A stretch of 64,000 nt of DNA from Alphaproteobacteria bacterium (GCA_964291215.2 OZ219790.1:1056001-1120000); one strand, 5' to 3'. Positions 12,703 through 23,226 are shown, counted from the stretch's first letter. Notes: generated from the sequence alone by a model not told the origin. Program-made: numbers and translations.

Positions 12703-13653
12703 TCAGAACAGCGCCTTGTCCGGCGCCGCCTCCTCGCTGCCGACAGCCCGGGCCGAGGCGGCTGCGAGCGGAGTTTCGCCCGCCCCCCCTTGCGAACCCG
12801 GCCGCGCGGCGGCCCGTCTGGGCGCTCCGGACCGTTCCGCGGGCAACGCCTGGCCGCTCCGGTCGGCGAGCTGGTCCAGGCGGCCCGAGTTGGCCGTCGA
12901 AACGCCTTCCGAGACGATTTCGAAACAGTGATCGGCGAGTCTCTTGCGTGAACCGAACTGTTCGATGGTCACCGGCTCGTGGAACACGACATCGACGGTT
13001 ATCCGGCCCAAGCCCACGGCCGACCAGCAATGGGCCAGCAGCGGAGCATCTCCGTACCACGCAAAAAGCGGACGCATTGCCCGTCCTATGGGCATTCCGT
13101 CGAGACGGGTATAGGCGATCGATACCGGCCGTACGGGAAGCGGCCGTTCGCGGGGCCGGATCTCGGCGACACTGAACAGGGCGCTCTTGAACGGCAGCAC
13201 GACATTGCCGTTCGAGCTGGTGCCCTCGGCAAACAGGATCAGATTGGCGCCGGTCTCGAGGCGCCGCACCATTTCGTCCCGATGTTCGGTCGCCCGGCGG
13301 CCATGGCGGTCGATGAAGACGGAGCGCTGAAGCCGCGCCAGCATGCCGAAGAAAGGCCAGGTCGCAACCTCGCTCTTGGCCACGAAGGAGGCCGGCAGCA
13401 ACGCCCCCAGTATCGGAATATCGGCATAGGACATGTGGTTGCAGACATAGAGGGACGGCCCGTCGGTCTCGGCGCATCCATGAGTGCGGATAGAAAAACC
13501 CAGGATGCGCACGCACAGCCGGTGATAGAAGACAGGCAGCGCGGTTGCGAGGCGCAGGTTCGCGCGCACCGCTATCACCTGCACGGGCAAAAGCGCGAAA
13601 GTCAGGATCACGTAGACGAGCACGCGGCTGAGGGCGCGAAGCGGCGAACTCAT
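12703..13653 (-). CDS. olsA: Lyso-ornithine lipid / 1-acylglycerol-3-P acyltransferase (OlsA/PlsC)
   Basis: NHMSYAD, FVAKSEV, FAEGTS motifs; directly downstream of olsB-like gene. Confidence 0.8.
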   Translation of the reverse strand: MSSPLRALSRVLVYVILTFALLPVQVIAVRANLRLATALPVFYHRLCVRILGFSIRTHGCAETDGPSLYVCNHMSYADIPILGALLPASFVAKSEVATWPFFGMLARLQRSVFIDRHGRRATEHRDEMVRRLETGANLILFAEGTSSNGNVVLPFKSALFSVAEIRPRERPLPVRPVSIAYTRLDGMPIGRAMRPLFAWYGDAPLLAHCWSAVGLGRITVDVVFHEPVTIEQFGSRKRLADHCFEIVSEGVSTANSGRLDQLADRSGQALPAERSGAPRRAAARPGSQGGAGETPLAAASARAVGSEEAAPDKALF

Positions 13654-14495
13654 GAGCCCGTGCCTTCAGCCCGGCCGCCCCCATCCCTGCCGCTGCTGCG
13701 TTCATAATGCCGGTAGTACTTCCGGGTTACGAGATCGGTCTTCACGACGATACTGATGTCGGTGGTGTTGAAGGCATGGTCGATGACCGCGCCGTCACCG
13801 ACAAATCCCCCAAGGCGCAGGTAGCCCTTGATCAGCGGTGGCAGTTCGGTGACCGCCCGACGGCGGTCAATGTCGCTGGCAGCCAGGATCTGCATGTCCA
13901 CCCTCCGCCCGGCTATCGCTTGCGGGCGCATGTCCGGCGGCGCGAGATGAAAATGGTAAAGATAGGACAGTGGCAGCGCAAGCCGCGCCGGCTCGGTCCC
14001 CGGCATGCTCGCGCAGCCGAACATGATCTCGATGCCGTAACGAAAGACGTACTGGGCGATGCTCTGCCACAGCAGTTGCATGACCGACCGTGTGCGGTAT
14101 TCCGGCTCCACACAGGACCGGCCGAGTTCAAGCGTCTCACCTGCATGGTCGATGACGCTGCCGATCTCGAACTCGTCCGAAGAGTAGAACCCGCCATGCC
14201 GCACGGCCACCGAACTGCGCAGAAGCCTGTAGGTGCCGACGACGCCGCTGGGCAGGTCGTCGCGGCTGGCGTCGACGACGAGGAGATGATCGCAGAAGTC
14301 GTCGAACCTGTCGAAATCACGGCGCGACCTGGCCACCTCCGCCGATGGTATCGCCGCCATCTCGTCGTAGAATACGCGGTAGCGCAAAGCTTGGGCGGCC
14401 GCGACCTCTTCGTCCGTCCGCGCCAGCCGCCCCTCGAGTCCCCCTACGAGGACGGGTTCGAAGATTGCGGCGGCATCGTCAGCGCCGAAGGTCAA
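13650..14495 (-). CDS. olsB: Ornithine N-acyltransferase (GNAT, OlsB)
   Basis: AAQALRYRVFYDEM, DRFDDFCDHLLV, VGTYRL, LELGRSCV, LPPLIKGYLRLG. Confidence 0.88.
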   Translation of the reverse strand: MTFGADDAAAIFEPVLVGGLEGRLARTDEEVAAAQALRYRVFYDEMAAIPSAEVARSRRDFDRFDDFCDHLLVVDASRDDLPSGVVGTYRLLRSSVAVRHGGFYSSDEFEIGSVIDHAGETLELGRSCVEPEYRTRSVMQLLWQSIAQYVFRYGIEIMFGCASMPGTEPARLALPLSYLYHFHLAPPDMRPQAIAGRRVDMQILAASDIDRRRAVTELPPLIKGYLRLGGFVGDGAVIDHAFNTTDISIVVKTDLVTRKYYRHYERSSGRDGGGRAEGTGS

Positions 14496-14537
14496 GCACT
14501 GTCCCCTGCGCGAGAACGGCCGCCAGGCTGCCCCTGC

Positions 14538-14969
14538 TCATGCCGCGTCATCATCGGTCTCGACTGGCACGCAGTAGAGTTCCAGGCGTTCACCGACAAT
14601 ACGAAAACCGAGGTTGGCGGCGATCCCGCGCTTGATCGCCTCGAGCTGCTCGTCCTCGAACTCGGTGACCTCGCCGGTACGGATGTTGATAATGTGGTGA
14701 TGGTGCCCTTCGCCGCGGCTCAGCGTCTCGTAACGTGCGCGCCCGTCGCGAAAATCGTGCCGCTCAAGAATGCCGACTTCTTCGAAAAGCCTGAGCGTAC
14801 GATAGACGGTTGCGATGCTGATACGATCATCGACGGCGCTGGCCCGGCGATGCAGTTCTTCAGCGTCCGGATGATCGTCGGAATCCGACAGGACCTGAGC
14901 AATAATCCGCCGGGGGCCGGTGATCCGAAGCCCCTTGTCCCTGCACAAGTCCTCGATCAAAGATGCCAT
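14538..14969 (-). CDS. fur: Fur-family transcriptional regulator
   Basis: GLRITGPRR, DHPDAEEL, ISIATVYRTL, HHHH metal site. Confidence 0.9.
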   Translation of the reverse strand: MASLIEDLCRDKGLRITGPRRIIAQVLSDSDDHPDAEELHRRASAVDDRISIATVYRTLRLFEEVGILERHDFRDGRARYETLSRGEGHHHHIINIRTGEVTEFEDEQLEAIKRGIAANLGFRIVGERLELYCVPVETDDDAA

Positions 14970-15066
14970 GACCCATCCTTTCGGAAAGGTTAGGCGACCT
15001 GCACCGAACAGTCAATGAGAGGTGCAGTCCGGTGGACCGCACCCCATCCTGGCTCCGTTCTCTCGG

Positions 15067-15519
15067 CTACTCCGCAACCGGCGGCGCAGCCGGCACAGCA
15101 CCCGCGACATCGCTGCGGCGACGCTGCCGCCCGAGCCCGATGCGCTTGGCAAGTTCGCTGCGCTGTTCAGCATATTTCGGCGCTACCATCGGGTAGTCGT
15201 CCGGCAGGCCCCACTTCTTGCGGTATTCCTGGGGCGTCATTCCGTAGGCAGTTGCCAAGTGTCGCTTGAGCATCTTCAACTTGCGACCGTCTTCAAGGCA
15301 GACGATATAGTCGGGCCGCACCGAACTGCGGATCGGAACTTTCGGCTCCGGCTTTTCCTCGGGCGGAGAACCAGACAGCCTGGCAAGCGAGTCATGCACC
15401 GTCCGGATAAGGTCCGGCATTTCCTGAACTGTCACACTGTTGTTGCTGACATGCGCAGCAACAATTTCGGCCGTCCAGCCGATAATATCCTGACCCTCGG
15501 GTGTTGTCTCATCACTCAT
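15067..15519 (-). CDS. mucR: MucR/Ros zinc-finger regulator
   Basis: TAEIVAAHVSNN, IVCLEDGRKLKMLKRHL, YRKKWGLPDDYPMVAP. Confidence 0.93.
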   Translation of the reverse strand: MSDETTPEGQDIIGWTAEIVAAHVSNNSVTVQEMPDLIRTVHDSLARLSGSPPEEKPEPKVPIRSSVRPDYIVCLEDGRKLKMLKRHLATAYGMTPQEYRKKWGLPDDYPMVAPKYAEQRSELAKRIGLGRQRRRSDVAGAVPAAPPVAE

Positions 15520-15539
15520 AGTCTCGACCCCTGTTCAAC

Positions 15540-15558
15540 CATTGTCAAAGCGACAATG
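15540..15558. promoter_or_regulatory. Perfect 7-5-7 inverted repeat CATTGTC-aaagc-GACAATG in the divergent mucR/tusA intergenic region (candidate operator)
   Basis: Read directly from sequence; lies in an AT-richer intergenic stretch. Confidence 0.4.
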
Positions 15559-15619
15559 CGTATTCTATACCACATTGGACAGCGTTGCAATACATCAGGT
15601 TTTCCTTTACTTGACAAGA

Positions 15620-15871
15620 ATGGAGCCCGCGAGACCGAATCGATTTGTCGATATCACCAGAGATGTCTGTCCGATGACGTATGTACGGACCAGGTTGCAG
15701 ATCGAAAAGATGAAATCCGGCGAAATCCTCGAGATCCGCCTTGTCGGCGCCGAACCGCTGCGAAACGTGCCCGAATCGCTCTCCGAACTGGGCCACGAGA
15801 TCCTGTCTCTTGCCGCAGAACCGCACACGTCAGGCGCTGCCATCCACAGGCTTCTCGTACGCAAGGCCTGA
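15620..15871 (+). CDS. TusA/SirA-family sulfur carrier
   Basis: VDITRDVCPMTYVRTRL CPxP-like motif, EPLRNVP. Confidence 0.85.
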   Translation: MEPARPNRFVDITRDVCPMTYVRTRLQIEKMKSGEILEIRLVGAEPLRNVPESLSELGHEILSLAAEPHTSGAAIHRLLVRKA

Positions 15872-15899
15872 CCGATCACGCCGCCGCCGCACCGCCGGA

Positions 15900-17141
15900 T
15901 CAGAACTGGGCCGTCCCCGCCGGCAGTCCGAGCAGCACCCGGCCATAGAGTGTCGAGCACATGTCCCAGTTCAGGCTGATATGTTTCGACGCGGCATGGA
16001 TATCGCGCCAGAAACGCTGGGTCAGACCGTCATTCGAGAGCCCGGCGCCACCGACACTCTCGAAAAGCAAATCGACCGCCCGGCGGGCAAGTCTTACCGC
16101 GTAGCTCAGGTCTCCCTTGTTGCGCGCCCGTTGACGCTCCGTCAGCGGGCGTCCCGAGGCCATGACGGCGAGAATGTCAGCACAGTCCGAGAGCACCAGG
16201 AGTTTCGCACCGTCGATGGCCGCTGCGGCCTCGGCGACACGCGTCTGAATGGTCGGGAAGTCCGCCATCCGCTGCGGCTGGCTGAGTGCCGCACCCCTGG
16301 TCCTGCGACTCCCGACCTGTTCGACATAGGTCTCCAGCGCGCCCTGCGCCATGCCGATCGCCGGTGCGCACAGACAGATCGTCACGGCGGCAAAGAACGG
16401 CACCTTCCACAGGTCGCTGCGATTGACCGACGCCCCGGGGGGACTGCCCGAAAGTGCGTCCGTGAGGGTCAGCATGCGATGCGACGGAACGAACCCGTCG
16501 TCGATCACGACATCGCTGCTGCCGGTGCCGATCAGGCCGACGACATCCCAGTTGTCCTCAACCCGGTATTCGGATCGCGGTACCAGGACGTAACCCTGGG
16601 TGTGGGGCTCGGTTTCCGCGTCCCGGGCTATGCGCACGCCGAGAATCATCCACTGGGCGTTGAGCACGCCAGAGCAGTAGAGCCATCGCCCACGCAGCCG
16701 ATACCCCTCTCCGGTCTCGATCGCCGTGCCGCCGGGCGAATAGGACGAGGCCGCGACCGCAAGCGCATCGACGCTCCAGACATCGGCCTGCGCACGATCG
16801 TCGAACATGCCGATCTGCCACTGGTGGAGGGCCGCCGTCGAATAGACCCAGGCCGTGGACCCACAACCCGCCCCGATTTCCGCGGCGCAGCGCACCAGCG
16901 TCCCGAAATCGGTCTCGAGGCCCCCGTACCGGGCCGGTTGGACAACCCGATAGAGCCCCTCGGACTTCAGATCGTCGATGGTTTCATCCGAAACCCGGCG
17001 CGCCCTCTCGGCGTCGCGCTGGCGCGCGCGCAACACGGGCTTGAGCGCTGCGGCGCGCGCGACGAGCGTCTCGCGGTCGTCGACGACGGGGGAAGCTGCA
17101 TCCATTGGCCCGTAACTGCCGGCTGTTTGTGATGCCGTCAT
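15900..17141 (-). CDS. Acyl-CoA dehydrogenase-fold flavin-dependent monooxygenase, oxygenase component (HsaA/C2-like)
   Basis: QPARYGG, GCGSTAW, GRWLYCSG, DNWDVVGLIGTGS, QRFWRDIHA. Confidence 0.85.
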   Translation of the reverse strand: MTASQTAGSYGPMDAASPVVDDRETLVARAAALKPVLRARQRDAERARRVSDETIDDLKSEGLYRVVQPARYGGLETDFGTLVRCAAEIGAGCGSTAWVYSTAALHQWQIGMFDDRAQADVWSVDALAVAASSYSPGGTAIETGEGYRLRGRWLYCSGVLNAQWMILGVRIARDAETEPHTQGYVLVPRSEYRVEDNWDVVGLIGTGSSDVVIDDGFVPSHRMLTLTDALSGSPPGASVNRSDLWKVPFFAAVTICLCAPAIGMAQGALETYVEQVGSRRTRGAALSQPQRMADFPTIQTRVAEAAAAIDGAKLLVLSDCADILAVMASGRPLTERQRARNKGDLSYAVRLARRAVDLLFESVGGAGLSNDGLTQRFWRDIHAASKHISLNWDMCSTLYGRVLLGLPAGTAQF

Positions 17142-17338
17142 CGTGACACGCCTGTACAACGGGTCAAGCCGAACGGGGGCGTCTCGCCCGTCCCGCGATC
17201 GGCCGCCCGGAGGCCGTGCCTGGGCTGTCGCGGCGCCCGGGGGGGATGACCAGCGGACGGACAACAGGTAAATTCCTCCTGCGCGCCGTCGCGAAAACCG
17301 GCCGTCCGGCAGCAAGCCGCACGAGAGAAGGGGAGCGC

Positions 17339-18211
17339 ATGTCCTACGATACATGGGTCGAACTCCCGGAGCGGGGGGTCGTGGCGCTTGAGGGTGGCGA
17401 GGCGCGAAGCTTCCTGCAGGGGCTCATCACCAACGATATCGGCCTGATCTCGCCGTCGCGATCGATCTACGGCGCGCTGCTGACGCCCCAGGGCGGTTTC
17501 CTTCACGATTTTCTGATCGCCGACCTCGACGGAGTCTTGCTGCTCGACTGCGATGCCGGACAGATACCCGATCTCGTCATGCGTCTGGGTATGTATCGGC
17601 TGCGCGCCGATGTCCGCATCGACGATCGAAGCGACCACTGGCAGGTGCTGGCATTATGGCCGACCTCCGGAAGCCCGGGCGCAGCCCGGCCGTGGCTTGG
17701 CGGCATCGTCTTCACCGACCCGCGCCATGCAGCCCTCGGCGACCGCGCCATCGTGCCGACAGACCTGTCCGCCCACGATCCGCCAGGACAGCAGCGCGCC
17801 AGCGCCGAGCAATATACGGCCCGGCGGATCCGGCTCGGCATACCCGATTGCGCCACCGATCTGGTCGCCGCGCGAGAGCGGCCCCTCGAAGCCGGATTCG
17901 ACCGCCTGAACGGCGTCTCGTTCGACAAGGGCTGTTATGTCGGCCAGGAAGTGACAACCCGCATGAAGCACCGCCAACTCGTACGCCGGCATCTGATCGC
18001 CGTGGATTTCGAAGGTCCCGCCCCGGCGCACGGAACGCCCATCACGAGCGGCCGCGTCGAGGTCGGCGAGATCCGTTCCGGCATTCGCGGCCGCGCGATG
18101 GCGATGCTCCGGCACGACCGCATGGAAGATCGCCGCCTCACTGCCAACGGCCTGCCGATAGCGCCGCGCCTGCCGGTCTGGATGACGGATGGAGCGGAGC
18201 CGGAGCGCTGA
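17339..18211 (+). CDS. ygfZ: Folate-binding Fe-S cluster repair protein YgfZ
   Basis: FLQGLITND, LLTPQG, KGCYVGQE signature. Confidence 0.92.
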   Translation: MSYDTWVELPERGVVALEGGEARSFLQGLITNDIGLISPSRSIYGALLTPQGGFLHDFLIADLDGVLLLDCDAGQIPDLVMRLGMYRLRADVRIDDRSDHWQVLALWPTSGSPGAARPWLGGIVFTDPRHAALGDRAIVPTDLSAHDPPGQQRASAEQYTARRIRLGIPDCATDLVAARERPLEAGFDRLNGVSFDKGCYVGQEVTTRMKHRQLVRRHLIAVDFEGPAPAHGTPITSGRVEVGEIRSGIRGRAMAMLRHDRMEDRRLTANGLPIAPRLPVWMTDGAEPER

Positions 18212-18216
18212 GCCGT

Positions 18217-20343
18217 TCAACTCTCGATCAGCGAGAAATCTCCAATCCTGTCGACCGTTGCCCGGAACCGGGATAGCAGGCGCAGGCGGTTTGCGCGCAG
18301 GTCCAGATCTTCGGCGTTGACGGTGACCTCGTCGAAAAAGCGGTCCACGGGCGCACGCAACCCGGCCATCGCCTTCATCGCGTCGACATAGCTGCGATCC
18401 GCGATTGCAGCCGCGGCAGCTGCCTCGGCAGACGCGAGTTCCCTCGCCAGCGTCAACTCCTCGGTCTGGACCAGGTTCGCGTCGTCGATCTCCCCGTCGT
18501 GGGACGCTCCGTCCTTGCGCTCCTCGATGGAAACGATATTGCCGGCACGCCGGTGTGCCATCAGCAGGTTCGATCCGTCCTCCGAAGCGAGGAATTCGGC
18601 GAGCGCCTGCGTGCGCGCAACAACGGCGAGAAGGTCGTCGTCATCCCCGTCCGCAAAGGCGGCGGCGACATGATCATGGCGCATGCCGCGGTCGCGAAGA
18701 TGAACCTTCAGCCTGTCGGTGACGAAGCTGAACAACTCCTCGATCCAGCCTGCATCCTGCAGCACCTCGGCGCATGGGTCCGCGGCAGCCGGATCCACCG
18801 CGCGAGTCTGTTCGACGACCGTGCGACACAGCGCGCGGAACGGCAGATGCAGCTGGTTTTCGAGGACCAGGCGTATGATGCCGAGCGCCGCGCGGCGAAG
18901 CGCATAGGGATCGCGAGACCCGGTGGGCGTTTCGCCAATGGCGAAGAATCCGGCAAGCGTGTCCAGCCTGTCGGCGAGTGCGACGGCGACCGATACCGGC
19001 GCCGTCGGACAGGTGTCGCCCGGGCCAGCGGGCGAGTAATGGTCACGGATCGCGTCGGCCACGACTTCGTCCTCGCCGTCATGGAGCGCGTAATAGCGGC
19101 CCATGACGCCTTGCAGTTCGGGAAACTCGAACACCATGTCGGTCGCGAGGTCGGCCTTGGCGAGCCGCGCCGCGCGTGCCGCGGCGTCGGCATCGCAGCC
19201 GGGAATCGAATCGGCAGCAGCACGCGCCAGCCTTTCGATGCGCGCCGCCTTTGCGGCCATCGTGCCGAGCTTCTCGTGGAACACGCTGTCGGCGAGACGG
19301 TGGAGACGGGATTCGAGCGGCGACTTGCGGTCCTGGTCCCAGAAGAACTGCGCGTCGGAGAGCCGTGCGCGCAGGACGCGCTCGTTGCCGGCGACGACCG
19401 CCGCGCCGCCATCCGGGGTGTCGATGTTGGCGATCACGACGAAACGCGGCGCCAGCCCGCCATTCCGGTCGAGAAGGGAGAAGTACTTCTGATGCGACCT
19501 CATCGATGTCGTCAGGACTTCGTCAGGGACATCCATGAACGCCTTGTCGATCCTGCCGCACAATGCCACCGGCCATTCAACAAGCCCGGCCACCTCGTCG
19601 AGCAGCGCCTCGTCCTGACGCAGGACGAGGCCCTCGGTGCGGGCCAACCCGTCCAGGCTTTCGCTGATCATCGCCTTGCGCCGGTCGCGCTCCAGGATGA
19701 CGTGGGCATCAGCCAATCTGCTTCGGTAGTCGGCAAAATCGCTAACCGCAAAGCGCGCCGGCGAGAGAAAACGGTGCCCCACGGTCTCGTTGCCGCCGGT
19801 GGCGAATTGGGGCTCCCCTGCGTCGTTGAACGCCGCCGGCGTCGCGACGCGAAGGGCAGTTCCGTCGAACACGCACATGACCTGCTGGAGCGGCCGGATC
19901 CATCGTCCGCGGCCGCTGCTCCAGCGCATGGATTTCGGCCACGACATGCGTCCGATCGCGGCCGCAAGCAGCCGCGGCAGAATGTCCACCGCGGCCTCCC
20001 CCGTACGTTCGAGGATCGTGAACAGGAACACGCCCTTTCCAGTGTCACGCTCCTCGCACTGCTCGCGCGCCACGCCGCAGGACTTCAGGAATCCCTCGAT
20101 CGCACGATCGGGCGCTCCGACCCGGGGTCCCCGCCTCTCCTCGCGCAGGTCGGGCTGGCGCTCCGGAACTCCTGCGACGACCACGGCGAGCCGACGGGGC
20201 GTCACGTGCGCGTCGACCGAATCATGGGCGAGTCCAGCCCCGTGCAATTCCGAGGCGACAAGGCGTTTCAGCTCGTCGGCGGCGCGCGCCTGCAGGCGCG
20301 CCGGAATTTCCTCCGAGAGAAGTTCGAGCAAAAGTTCGGGCAT
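18217..20343 (-). CDS. glyS: Glycyl-tRNA synthetase beta subunit
   Basis: LLELLSEEIPA, WPKSMRW, GNERVLRARLSDA, EFPELQG, GSRDPYALRRAA. Confidence 0.97.
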   Translation of the reverse strand: MPELLLELLSEEIPARLQARAADELKRLVASELHGAGLAHDSVDAHVTPRRLAVVVAGVPERQPDLREERRGPRVGAPDRAIEGFLKSCGVAREQCEERDTGKGVFLFTILERTGEAAVDILPRLLAAAIGRMSWPKSMRWSSGRGRWIRPLQQVMCVFDGTALRVATPAAFNDAGEPQFATGGNETVGHRFLSPARFAVSDFADYRSRLADAHVILERDRRKAMISESLDGLARTEGLVLRQDEALLDEVAGLVEWPVALCGRIDKAFMDVPDEVLTTSMRSHQKYFSLLDRNGGLAPRFVVIANIDTPDGGAAVVAGNERVLRARLSDAQFFWDQDRKSPLESRLHRLADSVFHEKLGTMAAKAARIERLARAAADSIPGCDADAAARAARLAKADLATDMVFEFPELQGVMGRYYALHDGEDEVVADAIRDHYSPAGPGDTCPTAPVSVAVALADRLDTLAGFFAIGETPTGSRDPYALRRAALGIIRLVLENQLHLPFRALCRTVVEQTRAVDPAAADPCAEVLQDAGWIEELFSFVTDRLKVHLRDRGMRHDHVAAAFADGDDDDLLAVVARTQALAEFLASEDGSNLLMAHRRAGNIVSIEERKDGASHDGEIDDANLVQTEELTLARELASAEAAAAAAIADRSYVDAMKAMAGLRAPVDRFFDEVTVNAEDLDLRANRLRLLSRFRATVDRIGDFSLIES

Positions 20344-20346
20344 TTT

Positions 20347-21234
20347 TCAGGCCGCCGTCCGCACTCGCGCGGCGGCGTCCAGCCAGGTCTCGCAACAGCC
20401 CCTGGCGAGTGCGCGGACGCGACCGATATAGGAGGCCCGCTCGGTCACGCTGATGGCGTTGCGGGCATCAAGCAAGTTGAACACGTGGCTCGCCTTGATG
20501 CACTGGTCGTAGGCAGGCAAGGCCAGTCCGCGTTCCAGACACCGGCCACATTCCTCTTCCGCAAACCGGAATTGCGCGAACAGCATGTCGGTGTTCGCGC
20601 ATTCGAAATTGTAGATCGAATATTCACGCTCGGCACGTCGGAAGATGTCTCCGTAGCGGACACCGCTACCATTGAAGTCGAGGTCGTACACGCTTTCGAC
20701 GCCCTGTATGTACATTGCCAGCCGCTCGAGCCCGTAGGTCAGTTCCACCGGTACCGGAGCGCATTCGATCCCGCCCACCTGCTGAAAATAGGTGAACTGG
20801 GTTACTTCCATGCCGTCGCACCAGACTTCCCACCCCAGCCCGGCGGCACCCAGGGTCGGGCTCTCCCAGTCGTCCTCGACGAACCTGATGTCGTGGCGCT
20901 CGGGCTCGATTCCGAGTGCCCGCAGGCTGTCCAGGTAGAGCTCCTGGCTGTCGGCGGGCGACGGTTTGAGAATGACCTGGTACTGGTAGTAGTGCTGAAG
21001 CCGGTTCGGGTTTTCTCCGTAGCGCCCGTCGGCCGGCCGTCTGGACGGCTGAACGTAGGCGGCATTCCAGCTCTCGGGGCCGAGCGCGCGCAGCATTGTC
21101 GCAGGGTGAAAGGTGCCGGCGCCCACCTCCATGTCGTAGGGCTGCAGGATCACGCAACCCCGGGCGGCCCAGTAGGCGTGGAGCTTCAGGACGAGGGCCT
21201 GGAAGGACGCGCCCGTGTCTCCATTGTGTGTCAT
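20347..21234 (-). CDS. glyQ: Glycyl-tRNA synthetase alpha subunit
   Basis: [38 protein letters not shown]. Confidence 0.98.
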   Translation of the reverse strand: MTHNGDTGASFQALVLKLHAYWAARGCVILQPYDMEVGAGTFHPATMLRALGPESWNAAYVQPSRRPADGRYGENPNRLQHYYQYQVILKPSPADSQELYLDSLRALGIEPERHDIRFVEDDWESPTLGAAGLGWEVWCDGMEVTQFTYFQQVGGIECAPVPVELTYGLERLAMYIQGVESVYDLDFNGSGVRYGDIFRRAEREYSIYNFECANTDMLFAQFRFAEEECGRCLERGLALPAYDQCIKASHVFNLLDARNAISVTERASYIGRVRALARGCCETWLDAAARVRTAA

Positions 21235-21345
21235 GCCTGCCGATCCGGTGCCACCGCGTAGCCGGATCGCAACATAGGATCCGGCCGCGCGACGGTCAAT
21301 CTCGTCCCGGGCCCTTTCTCCAGAGTGGCCGGCCGACACCGCCTG

Positions 21346-21558
21346 TCAGTTCGGGTGGGGACAGTCGTCGCGCCCGCAGCCCTCCTGTCCTTCGGCAACG
21401 TAGCTGCCGCACACGCGGCAGGCGCGGAGATCCTCGACACTGCCGGTGCGCCGCCGCCCGGCTGCAATCTGCCGCGCCTTGTTGCGGCGAATGATGATCT
21501 TGAAGCCGTACCAGACGCCGGCGACGATCGCAGCAAGGACAAGCCATTTGAGAATCAT
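21346..21558 (-). CDS. Small single-TM protein with C-terminal Cys cluster (CxxC...CxxxxC)
   Basis: MILKWLVLAAIVAGVWYGF TM helix, then CRVCGSYV..CGRDDCP; co-oriented and tightly packed between S49 peptidase and glyQ. Confidence 0.7.
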   Translation of the reverse strand: MILKWLVLAAIVAGVWYGFKIIIRRNKARQIAAGRRRTGSVEDLRACRVCGSYVAEGQEGCGRDDCPHPN

Positions 21559-21568
21559 GGTACCGACC

Positions 21569-22438
21569 TCACATGCGAAAGCGCTGCCAGGCCGCCCATT
21601 CGTCGAGGGCGGCGGCCAGTTCGCCAGGATCGATGCCAATCCGGATGCCGCGCCGGAACCGGGCCAGCACTCCGGACCTGACGGCGACGCGATGAAAGCG
21701 CACGCGTTCGCCGAACCGGCGCCGCATCTCTGAACGCATCTCGCCAAGCGCGTCCACGAGCCCGACCTCCAGCGCCTGCCGGCCAGTCCAGACGTCTCCC
21801 GTGAACAGCTCGTCCTCGGGCGCCCGCAACCTGCCCTTCCGGCGCTCGCGCACATGGTCGCGGAAGGCATCGAAGATGCTCTCCTGAAGTTCGCGCAGGC
21901 GTTCGACATCCGCCGTCCGTTCGTCAGTGAAGGGATCGAGCATCCCCTTGCGCTCGCCGACGGCATAAAGCCTGCGCTCGATGCCGAAACGGTCGAGAAG
22001 GTCCGGAAATCCGAAACCCGCGGAGATCACACCGATCGACCCGACGATCGAGCTCTCGTCGGCAAAGATCTCGTCCCCGGCGCAGGCCAGCCAGTAGCCG
22101 CCCGACGCCGCGACATCCTCGCAGAATGCGATGACCGGGATCTCGTTTTCCGCAGCGAGGTCGCGGATGCGCCGCGCGACCAGGGCCGACTGCACCGGCG
22201 CACCGCCCGGAGAGTTGATGACCAATGCGACGGCCTTGAGATTTCGCGCGGTGAACAGCCGGCCAAGCGCCTTCTCATAGGTCGCCAGCATGATCCCGCC
22301 GCGCCGCTGCGGTCCGCCTCCGATGACGCCTTCGAGACGCATCACGCCAACCCGCGGGGGCGGGTTGCGTAGACGCTCCACCGGCAGCCTGGCGACCAGC
22401 CGCACGATGGCGTCCTTTGTCGTTGCCCAATTCATCAC
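21569..22438 (-). CDS. S49 family peptidase (SppA/SohB-like)
   Basis: INSPGGAPVQS, DVAASGGYWLACAGD, SIVGSIGVI. Confidence 0.92.
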   Translation of the reverse strand: MMNWATTKDAIVRLVARLPVERLRNPPPRVGVMRLEGVIGGGPQRRGGIMLATYEKALGRLFTARNLKAVALVINSPGGAPVQSALVARRIRDLAAENEIPVIAFCEDVAASGGYWLACAGDEIFADESSIVGSIGVISAGFGFPDLLDRFGIERRLYAVGERKGMLDPFTDERTADVERLRELQESIFDAFRDHVRERRKGRLRAPEDELFTGDVWTGRQALEVGLVDALGEMRSEMRRRFGERVRFHRVAVRSGVLARFRRGIRIGIDPGELAAALDEWAAWQRFRM

Positions 22439-22452
22439 AATTTACATCATCA

Positions 22453-23226
22453 TCATCTGCCGGCGACTCGCAAGGCCGCCCCGCGAAGCACCGCGTCGGC
22501 CTCCGCCGTGAACGCGCCGTCGTCCTCGTGCAGGATGAGCCCCGGAGCCATGACCGCCGGCGCGGCAGCGTCCTTGCGAGCGCGAACAATGACCCGTTTT
22601 GCCGCGACACCGGATTTCGGCCATAGCGGAAATACTGCTATCGCACCGCACCGGTGATTGAACAGCGACAGAATCCGATCAAGCCGGTCGGCACGGTGAA
22701 CGAGAGTCAGAATGCCGCCGGGCCGGGCCATGCGGTACATAAAGCCGATCCATTCATCGAGCCCTGCGCCTCCTTCCAGTCGCGCCACCGCCGCGTGGCG
22801 ACCTTGGGGAAGAGTGCTGCGGCCCTGTTCGAGATAGGGCGGATTGGCCATCACGTGGTCGAAATCCGCCTGTGCCATCACAGGCTGCATGAGGTCGGCG
22901 GCAACGATGCCAACAAACCCTGCAAGACCGTTGGCGCGGACATTCTCGCCCGCAAGCCGTGCCAGGTCCGGCTGTATCTCGATCCCGGTGACATGACAGC
23001 TTGGAACCCGCCGGGCGAGACACAGCGCCGCTGCGCCGTGGCCGGCTCCGACATCGAGAACACGGTCGCCTGCGGCGGCATCGACCGAGGCTGCGAGGAA
23101 GACAGGATCGATGGCCGCACGATAGCCGTCGACGGGTTGACGCAGACGAAGCCTTCCATCGAGGAAGCCGTCTTCCGTATAGTGGCGGTCGACGGCACCT
23201 TCGCATCGTCCGGGCGCCTCAGACAA
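22453..23226 (-). CDS. tRNA1(Val) A37 N6-methyltransferase-like SAM methyltransferase
   Basis: QPVDGYRAAIDPVFLAA, VLDVGAGHG, ANPPY; start approximate. Confidence 0.85.
   Translation of the reverse strand: MSEAPGRCEGAVDRHYTEDGFLDGRLRLRQPVDGYRAAIDPVFLAASVDAAAGDRVLDVGAGHGAAALCLARRVPSCHVTGIEIQPDLARLAGENVRANGLAGFVGIVAADLMQPVMAQADFDHVMANPPYLEQGRSTLPQGRHAAVARLEGGAGLDEWIGFMYRMARPGGILTLVHRADRLDRILSLFNHRCGAIAVFPLWPKSGVAAKRVIVRARKDAAAPAVMAPGLILHEDDGAFTAEADAVLRGAALRVAGR

Noticed and set aside
1137-21261. Many long antisense ORFs (e.g. 1137-3179, 5494-6948, 9793-11334, 18499-21261)
   Set aside because: Shadow ORFs opposite clear genes, expected from high-GC codon bias; no motifs.
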